From an uncultured delta proteobacterium (GTDB taxonomy: Bacteria > Myxococcota_A > Polyangia > Polyangiales > Polyangiaceae), in the NCBI GenBank assembly GCA_963716725.1, contig CAVQUB010000005.1:384001-448000 (forward strand): a DNA stretch of 64,000 nucleotides, written 5' to 3'. The notes below the pieces were generated by a model. It saw only the letters and a program-made list of their open reading frames with translations. It was not told where the DNA came from and searched no databases. Shown one piece after another: positions 42,083-53,221 of this stretch. Every line of letters begins with the position of its first letter. Position 1 is the stretch's first letter. A program made the translations under genes and the position numbers.

Positions 42083-43147
42083 CTAAGCTTTGTCCGCGAT
42101 CAGCAGGTAGTTCGGTGACGGCTTGTCGTCGGGGTGGGGAACGAGCCGGGGCGAGAGACCCAGGGCCTCGAGATCGGCCGAGAGCCGGGCGGGATCGACC
42201 CAGTCGCAAACTGCTCCCCGGTTCATGCCTACGCGCGAGCCGACCCGCTCTGCCCATTGGGCGATGCGGCTCCGCAGCCCGCGCTTCGGATCGAGCTCGC
42301 GGAGCACGAGGCGGCCGCCGGGTCTCAGGGCAGCGGCCGCGCGCTCGAGCAGCGCCCGCTGCTCTTCACGCGGCAAGTAGTGCAGTACGTCGATGATCAG
42401 CACCGTGTCGGCGGGCGCCAGCTCCGCTCGGGTCGCGTCGGCGACGATGGCGCGGCCGTCTTCGCCCGCTGCGACCTGGCACACTTCGACCTTGCGCCGG
42501 TCCCAGTCGAGTCCGGTGAAGCTCGTCGCGAGGCCGAGCTCCACCAGCAGGATGGACAGCTGGCCGCGTCCGCACGCAACATCGAGCACCTCACCCAAGG
42601 GTGGCTCGAGTCGCGCGAGCTGTTGCACCACCGGATCGCTGTGAAGCTTGGCAGTCAGGTAGATGCGATCGCCACGGGGCGCCCCCAGGTAGCGCAGCAG
42701 GGTGCGGTCGATGGCGCTGTCCAATGCGTCGTCCCAGGCCGGCGGGTCCCGTCGCACGACCGCCGCCGTGATCGCGGCTCCCGCGAGGGCCATGGCCGTG
42801 CCCATCGCCAGCGCGCCCACCGCGGCTTGAGCGACGAAGCCCGTGACTCCCGTCGATCGCGCCTGCTCGATGGTGAAGGGCACGAAGTGCCCCTCGAGGA
42901 TCAGGGCGCCGACCTGAACCTCAGCCGCGACGAGGAAGGGCGCGAAGAGCGGATTCGAGATGTTGGCCGCCACGTAGGCGGTGACCAGGTCGAGGGAGAG
43001 CGGGACACAGAGCGCCGCGCAGAGCGGGAAATGCAGGCCATAGAGCGGTAGCGCGCCGATGAAAAGCCCAACCGCCACCGATCCGGCGGCGCGCCGACGC
43101 GTGAGCTGGCCTCCACGCAGCCGCCGCCAGAGCCTCTTCCACTTCAT
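42083..43147 (-). CDS. DUF2062-like membrane domain fused to class I SAM methyltransferase
   Basis: AVGLFIGALPLYG...ISNP; VLDVACGRG, IDVLHYL, LRPGGRL. Confidence 0.75.
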   Translation of the reverse strand: MKWKRLWRRLRGGQLTRRRAAGSVAVGLFIGALPLYGLHFPLCAALCVPLSLDLVTAYVAANISNPLFAPFLVAAEVQVGALILEGHFVPFTIEQARSTGVTGFVAQAAVGALAMGTAMALAGAAITAAVVRRDPPAWDDALDSAIDRTLLRYLGAPRGDRIYLTAKLHSDPVVQQLARLEPPLGEVLDVACGRGQLSILLVELGLATSFTGLDWDRRKVEVCQVAAGEDGRAIVADATRAELAPADTVLIIDVLHYLPREEQRALLERAAAALRPGGRLVLRELDPKRGLRSRIAQWAERVGSRVGMNRGAVCDWVDPARLSADLEALGLSPRLVPHPDDKPSPNYLLIADKA

Positions 43148-43173
43148 CGCGCTGGGCGAAGCGGAGCGTGGTC

Positions 43174-43908
43174 TCAGCCGTCCGCTGCGGGCGGGGTTTC
43201 GCTCTTCTTGGGATTCTTGGCGATGCGCAGGTAGGTCTGCGCGCTCTTGTTCTCCGGATCTTGTGTCACCACCGTATCGAACTCGGTGACGGCAGCCTCG
43301 TTTTCGCCCGCCGTCAGCAGCAGCACGCCGAGCATGAGGCGGGCTTGCACGTACTTTGGATTGGCCGCCTTGGCGGCTTCGAATTTCTCGCGTGCGCGCG
43401 TCGTGTCGCCGCTGTCGCGGTACATGACTCCGAGTCGCGTCAGCAGATCCGCAAAGGTCGGGCACAAGACAGTCGCCTTCTCGAGCTCGCGGATGGCGTC
43501 GACGGTCATGCCCACGTCTTGGTAAGCCTGGGACAGCTCGGCGTGCATGTTGGCGATCTTGCCCTTGGCGAAGGGATCGAGCTCGCGTCCCTTCTCCTGA
43601 CCGCGGCTGCGCATCTGCGAGTACAGCACCCTCGCCTCGTCGTACTTCCCGAGGTCGTTGTAGGTGACCATCAGGTTGAGCTGCGCTTCGGTGTAGTTCG
43701 GGTTGATTTCGACGGCGCGTTCGAAGTGTCGCTCGGCTTCGACGAAGTCGCCGCGGCTGTGCACGATGACCCCGAGCATGTGATGCACGTCCGCGAACTT
43801 GTCAGCCCGATCGGCTACTTGACGGAGCAGGGGCTCGGCCCGCTCGTACTCACGCTTTTGGTAGTGCTCGCGGCCGAGCAGCAGAAGCTGCTTCAGGTGG
43901 TCGTCCAT
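43174..43908 (-). CDS. TPR-repeat protein
   Basis: FADVHHMLG, AVEINPNYTEAQLNL, CPTFADLLTRLG. Confidence 0.85.
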   Translation of the reverse strand: MDDHLKQLLLLGREHYQKREYERAEPLLRQVADRADKFADVHHMLGVIVHSRGDFVEAERHFERAVEINPNYTEAQLNLMVTYNDLGKYDEARVLYSQMRSRGQEKGRELDPFAKGKIANMHAELSQAYQDVGMTVDAIRELEKATVLCPTFADLLTRLGVMYRDSGDTTRAREKFEAAKAANPKYVQARLMLGVLLLTAGENEAAVTEFDTVVTQDPENKSAQTYLRIAKNPKKSETPPAADG

Positions 43909-44009
43909 TTCGCTCAGCGGTCTCCGGGAATGAGGGGCTCTCGCCCTTCTCCTCTATCACTGCTTCCGGCCGGCTTGCTCCGTCAACGCGCCCCTGCTAG
44001 GCCCTGCCC

Positions 44010-46019
44010 GTGGCGGCTTCAGGGACGCGCCATGTCGGCCGGGTCACTGATCCACTGGTGCGCGACGATGGCGAGACGGAGCCCGAGCTGGAGCTCGAGG
44101 CCAATGGTTCTTCCGGGGAACCTGCGTCCGGCTCGAGCTCCGGTGCCGGAGCAGTGACCGAAAGCATCGGAATTCAAGAGGAATCTCTGCCTGCCGGGGA
44201 CGAACTCCCTCCCTCCGATCCAGGGCTCGACGGCGTGCACCCGGTGAGGGCACGACTGCTCGCACGCGCAGCAGGTCTCCGCGGGAGGGCGCCGCAGGTG
44301 CTCGCGGACGAGGGGCCCCGATTTGGTCGGCCGGGCGAGGTCGCCGAGCGCTCCAGGGACCGGCTGGGCGACCTGGACGCGCTCGGGGCGCCCCACGGGG
44401 GGCCACCCTCCGCCCCCGTCGCGGGGGGCGCGCTGCCGCCCAGGCCCCGCGCCCCTCTGTCGCCGAACATGATCGCGCTGTTCGGAACGCTGATCGGGCT
44501 GGCGACGGTGGCGTCGATCATCGCGTTGGTGATGCGCATCGGTCCGACTGCCTTCCCGACCCCGAGCCCGGCGACCAGCACCGGCGCGCCCGACGCGCCT
44601 CGGCCCGAGCCGAGCGCAGTCGCCAAACGCCAGCGCGCCAAGCTGCCGGGGCCCTGGCGCATCGCAGATGCTCGCAGCGACACCGGGGTCCGGGTGGTCG
44701 AAGGCAAGGTCGGCAAGAACTCGTTCCTCAAGGCCGTCGAGGAGGCAGGGGTCGACAAGAAGGAGGCCTATCGGGTCTTCAACACGCTCAAAGACCTACG
44801 CAACCTCGACAAGTGCGATCGGAACGACAGCTTCCTCGCCCTGGTCGACCGCGCGAGCTCCCGTGTGAAGGCCTTCGAGTACGTCGTCACCAAGGAAGAG
44901 GTCTATCAGTCCCGCGAAGGGCAGAACGGCGAGCTCGCGACCCAGCGGCTCGACTTCAAGATCGAGCGCGCCCGGGTCTCCGGCGCCTTGGTCGTGGAGG
45001 GTGACGTCGATGATGCGGCGGAGAGGGGTGGCCTCGAACGCGGGCTCGGCTCCGCGCTGGCCCGTGCCCTCGACGGGCACATGAGCCTGGACCAGCTCGA
45101 GCGCGGCGACGTGGTTCGCGTCGTGGCACAGGAGGTGACGGTGCTCGGAGAGTTCTCGCGATATTCGGGGATCGAGGCCGTGGAGATCCGCCGCAAAGAC
45201 GGGCAAGAAAAGCCGTTTCGCCTCTACTACCACCGGGGAAAGAGCGAGCGCGGCTACTACGACGACAAGGGCCGCTCGCCCTACGAGGGCGGCTGGCGCA
45301 AGCCCGTCAAGGACGCTCCCATCACCTCGCGCTTCAACCCCAAGCGCATGCACCCGGTGCTCAAGAAGGTGATGCCCCACAACGGGACCGATTTCGGCGC
45401 GCCCACCGGCGCTCAAGTGGGAGCGTCTTCCTACGGCACGGTGAGCTTCATCGGCCCCGCGGGGCCGAGTGGAAACCTGGTGAAGCTCGATCACCCGGGC
45501 GGCGTCGAGACGGGATACGCGCACCTGTCGCGCTTCGCCGAGGGGCTCAAAGTGGGCGACAAGGTCAAGCGCCTGCAGCTGGTTGGCTATGTTGGATCGA
45601 CGGGACGATCCACCGGACCGCACCTGCACTTCACCGCCAAGAAGAACGGCGAGTTCTTCGACGCCGAGTCTCTCAACCTCGACGGCATGCGCGTCATCGG
45701 CAAAGAAGAGCGAGACGCCTTCGCCAGGAGCCGGCAAGGCTACGACGAGCTCATCGACGCCATCGCGCTTCCCCTGCCATTGCCGGAGAAGCCTGAGATC
45801 GCGGCGGCGCCCAGCGCCGACCAGCCCACGAAGCCCTCGACGGCCGATGCCGACGAGTTCGCCAGCGGCGGACCGGAGGCGCCGGTCGCGCCGGCAGCGC
45901 CGGCGCCGGCCGGACCTGCTGGCAAGACGGCGCCCAAGGCTGGGAGTCCGGTGCACCTGACCGACAAAGATTTGCTCGAGTCCCAGGGCACGACCGACGA
46001 CGGAGAAGTCGACGAGTGA
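44010..46019 (+). CDS. M23-family peptidoglycan endopeptidase (MepM-like), membrane-anchored; start uncertain
   Basis: RMHPVLK...HNGTDFGAP, YAHL, GSTGRSTGPHLHF; TM helix near aa 155-178. Confidence 0.9.
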   Translation: MAASGTRHVGRVTDPLVRDDGETEPELELEANGSSGEPASGSSSGAGAVTESIGIQEESLPAGDELPPSDPGLDGVHPVRARLLARAAGLRGRAPQVLADEGPRFGRPGEVAERSRDRLGDLDALGAPHGGPPSAPVAGGALPPRPRAPLSPNMIALFGTLIGLATVASIIALVMRIGPTAFPTPSPATSTGAPDAPRPEPSAVAKRQRAKLPGPWRIADARSDTGVRVVEGKVGKNSFLKAVEEAGVDKKEAYRVFNTLKDLRNLDKCDRNDSFLALVDRASSRVKAFEYVVTKEEVYQSREGQNGELATQRLDFKIERARVSGALVVEGDVDDAAERGGLERGLGSALARALDGHMSLDQLERGDVVRVVAQEVTVLGEFSRYSGIEAVEIRRKDGQEKPFRLYYHRGKSERGYYDDKGRSPYEGGWRKPVKDAPITSRFNPKRMHPVLKKVMPHNGTDFGAPTGAQVGASSYGTVSFIGPAGPSGNLVKLDHPGGVETGYAHLSRFAEGLKVGDKVKRLQLVGYVGSTGRSTGPHLHFTAKKNGEFFDAESLNLDGMRVIGKEERDAFARSRQGYDELIDAIALPLPLPEKPEIAAAPSADQPTKPSTADADEFASGGPEAPVAPAAPAPAGPAGKTAPKAGSPVHLTDKDLLESQGTTDDGEVDE

Positions 46020-46023
46020 CCCG

Positions 46024-47127
46024 TCACCTGCCGGGGTGAATCACGCAGCCGCCGGTGACCTCGCCCGACCATTTGGCGCGCATCGCATCGTGGATCGCGC
46101 TGAGCGCGAAGCGGTGGGAGACGTGTGGGCGAATCAACCCTTGCTCGGCCCAGTCCAGGATCTTCGCCAGGCGCGGGGGCCGAATCGACGGATCGCGCAG
46201 CGTCGCGATCACAGTCGGGCAGCCGAGCACGTCCAGGCTCTTCATGATGATCAGGTTCGTCGGGAGCTGATTCACGTTGGGTGCGCCGCGTCCACCCTTG
46301 CCCTTGGCCACGAAGGGGGTCGACGCCCAGCCGACGATCAAGAACCGCGCACCGTAGGCGGTGGCGCGCAACGCCTCGGCGGAGAGCGCGCCGCCGACGC
46401 CGTCGTAGACGACATCGACACCCCGGCCGCCGGTCAGTGACTTCACTTCGTCTTTGAACGAGCCCTCGCCGGTCACGATCACGTGATCGGCGCCGTGTTC
46501 GCTGACAAGCGCGAGCTTCTCAGCCGAGCGCCCCGTCGCGATCACGGTCGCTCCGCTGAGCTTGGCGATCTGCACGGCGGCGAGGCCGGTCGCGCCGGAG
46601 GCGCCCAGGATCAGCACCGACTCCCCCGCCGACAGGCGTGCCCGCGCGATCAGGCAGTGGTACGCCGTCTCGTAGTTGCCGAGCAGGTTGCAGCCCTCGT
46701 CGAAGGAGAGCGCGCCGGGTATGCGCAGCAGCGCCTCGGACGGCGCGACGGCCCAGCTCGCCCAACCACCCCAAGCGCGATGCGCGCCCAGCGATCGCGG
46801 ACCGGTGAGCGCGCCGTCCGCGATCACTGCGTCGCCCACCTCGACATGGTTCCCGACGGCGCTGCCCTTCCAGCTCACGACGCCCGCGTACTCGAGACCC
46901 GGCGTGTAGGGCGGCGTCGGCACGTGTTGGTACTGCCCGCTGGACATGATCAGATCGACCCAACCCACCGAGGCGCTCTTGACTTCGACGATCACATCCG
47001 TGGCCGCCAACGCCGTTGGATCGGGCCGTGGTTGTTCCACCAGGCTCACGTAGCGTTCAATGGCCTCGAGAGGCGTCTCAGCGAGCTCGGAGACGACGAC
47101 GCGGTGACCGGGGGCGAGGGACGGCAT
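46024..47127 (-). CDS. NADPH:quinone oxidoreductase (MDR superfamily)
   Basis: PYTPGLEYAG, GASGATG, GVDVVYDGVG. Confidence 0.85.
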   Translation of the reverse strand: MPSLAPGHRVVVSELAETPLEAIERYVSLVEQPRPDPTALAATDVIVEVKSASVGWVDLIMSSGQYQHVPTPPYTPGLEYAGVVSWKGSAVGNHVEVGDAVIADGALTGPRSLGAHRAWGGWASWAVAPSEALLRIPGALSFDEGCNLLGNYETAYHCLIARARLSAGESVLILGASGATGLAAVQIAKLSGATVIATGRSAEKLALVSEHGADHVIVTGEGSFKDEVKSLTGGRGVDVVYDGVGGALSAEALRATAYGARFLIVGWASTPFVAKGKGGRGAPNVNQLPTNLIIMKSLDVLGCPTVIATLRDPSIRPPRLAKILDWAEQGLIRPHVSHRFALSAIHDAMRAKWSGEVTGGCVIHPGR

Positions 47128-47181
47128 GGCTCGCACAGACTACTTCTAGACGGAGCGGCGCGGGCGTAACATGCCGAGGTC

Positions 47182-48822
47182 ATGGCCGCTCGCGCGTATC
47201 TCGGGGTGGACGTCGGTACCGGTAGCGTGCGGGCCGGGCTCTTCGACGGCGCCGGCGGCAGACTCGGGATCGGCGTCGAACCCATCGAGACCTTTCGCCC
47301 CGAGGAGGACTTCGTCGAGCAGTCCTCCGACGACATCTGGCGCGCGGTGCGCGTCGCTGTGCACCAGGCGATGACCGGGGCAGCGCTCGAACCGAGCGAC
47401 GTCGCCGGCATCGGCTTCGACGCGACCTGCTCGCTGGTTGCGCTCGACGGCGAGGGCAGCCCCGTCAGCGTCAGCCCCACCGGAGCCGAACGGCAGAACG
47501 TCATCGTCTGGATGGACCATCGCGCGACCGAGCAGGCGCTCCGCATCAACGCGCTGGGGCACGAGGTCTTGCGCTACGTCGGCGGCGTCATCTCGCCGGA
47601 GATGCAGACACCGAAGCTGCTCTGGCTCGCCGAGCGACACGCGACGGCGTGGCAGAAGACCAAACTCTTCTTCGACCTGCCCGATTTCTTGGTCTGGCGG
47701 GCGACGGGCAGCGACGTGCGCTCGCTCTGCACCACGGTCTGCAAGTGGACCTACCTCGGTCACGAAGACGGCGGACGCTTCCGCGAGGACTACTTTCGCC
47801 AGATCGGACTCGGGGCCCTGGCGGACGAAGGCTGGGCGCGCATCGGGACCCGGGTGCGTCCGATGGGCGAGCGCGCGGGCGGGCTCACCGAAGCCGCGGC
47901 TACGGAGCTCGGTCTCGCGGCGGGCACGCCCGTCGGCGTGTCGATCATCGACGCGCACGCAGGAGGGCTCGGTCTGCTCGGCGCGCGCCTCGACGGCCGG
48001 GCGCCGGACGCCGAGACGCTCGAGCAACGCGTCGCTTTGATCGGCGGCACCTCGAGCTGCCAGATGGCGGTGAGTCGCGAGCCCAAGTTCGTGCCGGGGA
48101 TCTGGGGACCGTACTACTCGGCGATGATCCCCGGGCTGTGGCTCACCGAGGGCGGCCAGAGCGCGACGGGGGCCTTGATCGATCACGTGATCGAGAGCCA
48201 CGCGCGCGGTCCCGAGCTCGCCGCGGAGGCCCGACGGCGGGGCACGAGCGTGTACGCGCTGCTCAACGAGCGCCTCGAGGTGTTGGCGCAAGGCGCGCCC
48301 TTCCCTGCGGCGCTCGCCCGCGAGCTGCACGTCTTGCCCGACCATCACGGCAATCGCTCGCCCCGGGCCGACCCCTCGCTGCGGGGCATGATCAGCGGGC
48401 TCAAGCTCGGCGACGGCGTCGACTCGCTGGCCCTGCTCTACCTGGCGACCATTCAAGCCATCGCCCACGGCACGAGGCACATTCTCGACACCATGAACGC
48501 AAACGGCTACCGAGTCGACACCATGATGGCCTGCGGGGGCGACACCAAGAACCCGATCTTCTTCGAGAGCACGCCGACGTGACGGGCTGCCGCATCGTGC
48601 TTTCGAAGGAGCCCGAAGCGGTGCTGCTCGGCTCGGCCATGCTCGGCGCCGTCGGCATCCGGCGATCATTCGAGCGTGCTCGACGCCATGGCCGCGATGA
48701 ACACGGCCGGTCGCGTGGTCGAGCCGGCCGGGGGCGCCGTCGCCAGCTTCCACCAGCAGAAGCACGCGGTGTTTCAGCGTATGCACGCCGATCAGCTGGC
48801 GTATCGCCAGCTGATGCGCTGA
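47182..48822 (+). CDS. FGGY-family pentulose (D-ribulose-type) kinase; frameshifts near 48563 and 48660
   Basis: [62 protein letters not shown]-terminal [12 protein letters not shown] in a shifted frame. Confidence 0.88.
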
Positions 48823-48840
48823 AGTCCGGGGCTGATCTCG

Positions 48841-49572
48841 CTACTGGTACCGTGCGATGTCATCGGTGAACGAGCTGATCTTGCTGTCGTAGCCGCCGCA
48901 TGCTTTCGGCACACCGGGTTCCGTGCTGCTGCGCTGGTACAAACACTGAACCAAGAGCGCCTTCTTGTTCCCGACCCGTGACTCGGTCGCGCCCCCGCCT
49001 TTCTTCAGGCTCTCGATGGTCTTGTAGCCATCGTCGCGCCCCGAGACGTCGAGGAGCAGCACCTTGTAGATGTGTACCTCACCGTAGGGTCCCTTCTTCC
49101 CGAGGCTCACGGTGGCTGACCAGCCGACGGAGTTCGATTGCTCGCCGCTGATGTCGTAGCCGTAGTGCATGTACGCGGAGGAAATCTTGCTGCGAACGTC
49201 CGAGGACGAGAGCGAGTCGACGGGATAGGTCTTGGTCGCGTCGTCGTCGTCACTCTTCGACGCGGACGCGCTGGCGCCCTTGCAGCCCGACGCGCAAGTG
49301 ACGAAAGAGGCCGAGTCCTTCGCGTCCCCGACGCATTTCGTGGTGCATTCGTAGCGTTCGGGCTCGTCGCTCTTCATCTTTTCGAGACTGGCGACGCAGC
49401 CGGCCATCTTCGTCTCCGACGACTCGGGCGACTTGCCCTCCGACTCCTCGGCTCCCGCGAACTTCATCGCCTTTTCGCAGAGCTTCTTGGGCGAGGGCTT
49501 CAGCAGCTTGCAGGCGAAGAGCGTGCAGCAGATCACGACAAGCGGGCCGAGTGCAGAGCGAGGTGTGGTCAT
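48841..49572 (-). CDS. Hypothetical Cys-rich lipoprotein
   Basis: Lipobox-like LFAC; C..C..C pattern; sits between the sugar ABC genes and the kinase. Confidence 0.65.
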   Translation of the reverse strand: MTTPRSALGPLVVICCTLFACKLLKPSPKKLCEKAMKFAGAEESEGKSPESSETKMAGCVASLEKMKSDEPERYECTTKCVGDAKDSASFVTCASGCKGASASASKSDDDDATKTYPVDSLSSSDVRSKISSAYMHYGYDISGEQSNSVGWSATVSLGKKGPYGEVHIYKVLLLDVSGRDDGYKTIESLKKGGGATESRVGNKKALLVQCLYQRSSTEPGVPKACGGYDSKISSFTDDIARYQ

Positions 49573-49663
49573 CGTTGCCTTGGGTGTGGCGCCGTGCAGA
49601 ATGCCCGCCGACTACTACGAACCTAGAATGCGCGGGCCCGGGTCGCAAGCAGCTTCGCGGCGC

Positions 49664-50618
49664 TCAGACCTTCCTCTTTTCTCGGAGCCGGTCGAGGCCC
49701 ATCGCCACCAAGATGATGGCGCCGGTCAAGAATCTCTTGCACCCAGTTCGGAAGGCCGACGTGGGTCGAGCCGGTCTTGATCTCGGTGAGCAAGACCGCG
49801 CCGAGCAGCGCGCCGGCGATGGACCCTCGCCCGCCTGCGAGGGAGCCACCGCCGATCACCACCGCGGCGATCACCTCCAGCTCGAGACCGATGGAGTCGG
49901 TGGGATCGCCCACCGTCAGCGTCGAGAACTCCATCACCCCCGCCAGGCCCGCCAGGGCGCCTGCCAGCACGTAGACCATGACCGTGACCCGGCCCACGGG
50001 CACGCCGCAGAGGCGCGCGGTCTGCACGTTTGAGCCCACCGCCACCACGTGGCGCCCGGCGCGCGTGAACGCGACGAAGGCCGCGAAGGCGATGGCCAAC
50101 CCGAGCGCGATCCAGACGCCCGTCGGCAAGAGCAAGCCGCCATGAGCGCCGCCGGGCAGCGACATCAGGCCGTCGAGCCCCTTCGGATCGGCGTCCACCT
50201 TCTGCTCGTTTGCGAGCCCTTTGGCCGCGCCTCGCAAGGCGCTCATGGTGCCGAGGGTGACGATGAAGGGCACCAGCCCCAGGCCCGAGACCAAGAGCCC
50301 GTTGATGGCGCCGACGCAGGCTCCCAGCGCGACGCCGCTGGCCGCGGCGCTCCAAGGGCCCGCGCCGCCGTCGAGCGCCTGCGCGACGATGACCGTCGTC
50401 AGCGCCACGGTGGACCCCACCGACAGATCGATGCCGCCTTGGATCATCACCAGCGTCATGCCCACCGCCGCGATGGCGACCACGACGGTCTGGCGCGCCA
50501 TCGTGAGCACGTTCGCCGATCGCGGAAAGGTGTCCGGCGCGAGCAGTGCAAAGAGCGCGTAGACCGCGACGACGGCCAGCAGCGGACCGAACCACGGCGC
50601 GCGGAGCACCTGCCTCAA
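49664..50618 (-). CDS. Sugar (ribose-type) ABC permease; frameshift near 49735
   Basis: GGIDLSVGS, PFIVTLG, LELEVIAAVVIGG; C-terminal TGAIILVAMGLD in another frame. Confidence 0.88.
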
Positions 50619-52096
50619 AGCGCCCCCGCGGCGTCGAGGGCCAGCCGATGTTCGTCGAGCTCGGCGACGGGAGTCGCGCTGCCGAGCCTACCGCGGCGCA
50701 TGACGGCGATGCGGTCACACACCGCCAGCAGCTCCGAGAATTGACTCGAGACGACCAGCACGGCTTTGCCGCTCCGCGCCAGATCGTCGATGATCGCATA
50801 CACCTCCGCTCGGCTCGTCACGTCGATGCCTCGCGTTGGCTCGTCGAGCAGCGCGACGTCCACGTCGTGGTGCAGGAGGCGCGCGAGGGCGACCTTCTGC
50901 TGATTGCCGCCCGACAAGTCACGCACCGGTTGGTCGGGGCCCGAGGTGCGGATGCCGAGTCGGTCGATGAAGCGCCGCGCCGCGGCGCGGCGGCGAGCCG
51001 GCAGCACCAGCCACGGGAGCTTCGAGAGCGTAAGATTCTCCGCGAGTGAGAGGTTCTCCGCGAGTCCTTCCCGCTTGCGGTCCTCACTGAGAAAACCCAC
51101 GCCTTCGGCGAGGCGGCGGGTCGGCGACGCGGGTCCGACCTGCGCGCGTACTCGCAGCTCGCCGCTCTTCACGCGGTCGAGCCCGAAGATCGTCCGCAAG
51201 AGCTCGCTGCGACCCGAGCCGACGAGGCCCGCGATGCCCAGCACCTCGCCCTGGCGCAGCTCGAAGCTCGCGCTGATCGGCAGCCGCGCGCCGGCGAGTT
51301 CACGCGCCGACAGCACGACCTGCCCGCCGGTACGAGCCTCGGCCCGTCGCCGTTCTTCGATGGCGTGTCCGGCCATCAGCTCGACCAGGGCGCTGGCGGT
51401 GGCGGCAGCGATCTCGCCGCTGCCGACCTGCCTTCCGTCCCGGAGCACGCTGTAGCGATCGGCGATCCGCAGCACCTCTTCCAAGAAATGCGAGATGTAC
51501 AAGACGGCGACGCCGCTCTCGGCGAGCCGTCGCACCACCGCGAACAGGCGCTCGACCTCCGGCGCCGCGAGGCTGGCGGTGGGCTCGTCGAGGATCAGCA
51601 GGCGGCAGTTTGCATGGGCGAGCGCCCGGGCCAAGGTCACCAGCTGCACGTCCGCGGGTCCGAGTTCGCTCATGGCCGCATCGGGCGAGAGCTCCGGTGC
51701 GACCCCTTCGAGGGCGCGTCTTGCTTCGTCCCGCAACCGCGGGCGGTCGACCCAGCCGAAACGCGCGGGCTCGCGCCCGAGCATGACGTTCTCGGCGACC
51801 GAGAGGTGCGGGCAGACCGCCGGCTCTTGGTGCACGATGGCGACACCCGCGCGGCGAGCCTCCGCGGGCGAGCGTGGCGAGAAGGGCTGACCGTCGAGGG
51901 CGAGGGTCCCTGCGTCAGCCCGCAGCACGCCTGACACGATCTTGGTCAGGGTGCTCTTGCCGGCGCCGTTCTCTCCGAGCAGCGCGTGGACCTCGCCAGG
52001 GCCGATGCTGAGATCGACCCCCGAGAGCGCAAGCGTGCCGCCGAAAGCCTTGCCGAGGCCGCGGATCTCCAGCCGCGGCGTGACTACTTCAACCAC
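50615..52096 (-). CDS. Sugar ABC transporter ATP-binding protein (two NBDs)
   Basis: GENGAGKST, LDEPT, ISH, LSGGNQQKV, DEPTRGID. Confidence 0.92.
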   Translation of the reverse strand: MVEVVTPRLEIRGLGKAFGGTLALSGVDLSIGPGEVHALLGENGAGKSTLTKIVSGVLRADAGTLALDGQPFSPRSPAEARRAGVAIVHQEPAVCPHLSVAENVMLGREPARFGWVDRPRLRDEARRALEGVAPELSPDAAMSELGPADVQLVTLARALAHANCRLLILDEPTASLAAPEVERLFAVVRRLAESGVAVLYISHFLEEVLRIADRYSVLRDGRQVGSGEIAAATASALVELMAGHAIEERRRAEARTGGQVVLSARELAGARLPISASFELRQGEVLGIAGLVGSGRSELLRTIFGLDRVKSGELRVRAQVGPASPTRRLAEGVGFLSEDRKREGLAENLSLAENLTLSKLPWLVLPARRRAAARRFIDRLGIRTSGPDQPVRDLSGGNQQKVALARLLHHDVDVALLDEPTRGIDVTSRAEVYAIIDDLARSGKAVLVVSSQFSELLAVCDRIAVMRRGRLGSATPVAELDEHRLALDAAGAL

Positions 52097-53097
52097 TGAT
52101 CCAGCTCGGGCCTGAGCAACTGCTTCATCTGGGGCTCGCTCATGTTGACCTTGGTGACGAGCTTGCTCCCGGTGTCGATGCGCCGTTCGACCTTCTCGCC
52201 CTTCAAGTGCAGGACCATGGTCTTGACCGCGAGATAGCCCATGTTGAAGGGGTCTTGCAGCACCAACCCCGAGATCGCGCCGCTCTCGACTCCTGCCACC
52301 AGCTTCTCGGACGCGTCGAAGCCCACGAAGCCGAGCTTGCCCGCGAGGTTCGCCTTCTCGACGGCGCGCAGCATGCCGAAGGTGGTCGACTCGTTGGGAG
52401 TGAACACACCCGCGACCTTGCCGTCCGGCGCACCTTGGGCGAGCAAGAGGCTCTCGCTGGCTCTGTGCGCGGTCTCGGTGGTGGCTCCGCCGTACTGGTT
52501 GTCGGAGAGGATCTTCACCTCTGCTGCCCTCAGCGCGTCGAGGCAGCCTTCTTCGCGATGGTTCGTGCTTGCCGACCCTTCCTGGTAGCGGAGCACGATG
52601 GCGCCGCCCTTGCCGTTCACCTGCTTCGCCAGGTGATCGCAGCCGAGCTTGCCGGCGGCGCGGTTGTCTGTCGCGACGAAGCTCACGTGGTCCTCCGAGG
52701 CCAAATCGGAGTCGAAGATCACTACCGGGATCTTGGCCTGCGTGGCGCTCTTCACGCTCGAGACCAGCGCCTTGTCGTTGAGCGGCGCCAGCACGATGCC
52801 GGACACGCCTTGAGCCGTGAAGCTCTGCACGAGATCGATCTGCTGCTTGAGGTCGTCCTCCTTGAGCGGGCCTTTCCAGACGATCTCGACGCCGAGCTCC
52901 CGGGACGCCTTCACCGCGCCGGCGTGCACGCTCTTCCAGAATTCGTGGGTCGTGCCCTTCGGGATGACCGCGATGCGGATGGTCTTGGCGCCGGCTTCGG
53001 CGGTTGCGCCGGGCTGGGGTGTTTCACGTTTGCAGCCCGCGACCGCGACCGCCACCAGCCCCCACAGCACGAGCGCCTTGCCCACACCTCTCGACAT
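52084..53097 (-). CDS. Sugar ABC transporter periplasmic binding lipoprotein
   Basis: Lipobox VAGC; IPKGTTHEFW, VATDN, GFD, QDPFNMGY. Confidence 0.9.
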   Translation of the reverse strand: MSRGVGKALVLWGLVAVAVAGCKRETPQPGATAEAGAKTIRIAVIPKGTTHEFWKSVHAGAVKASRELGVEIVWKGPLKEDDLKQQIDLVQSFTAQGVSGIVLAPLNDKALVSSVKSATQAKIPVVIFDSDLASEDHVSFVATDNRAAGKLGCDHLAKQVNGKGGAIVLRYQEGSASTNHREEGCLDALRAAEVKILSDNQYGGATTETAHRASESLLLAQGAPDGKVAGVFTPNESTTFGMLRAVEKANLAGKLGFVGFDASEKLVAGVESGAISGLVLQDPFNMGYLAVKTMVLHLKGEKVERRIDTGSKLVTKVNMSEPQMKQLLRPELDQWLK

Positions 53098-53221
53098 CGG
53101 CGCGAGGGTACCCTCCAGCGTCGCGCTCGGCTAGCGAGCTTGCTCGGGAAAGAGCCCGCGAAAGCGGCATTCTCGCGCTGCCCCTTGATGTGTCGCCGGG
53201 GCGGCCACAGCTTCTCCGCTG

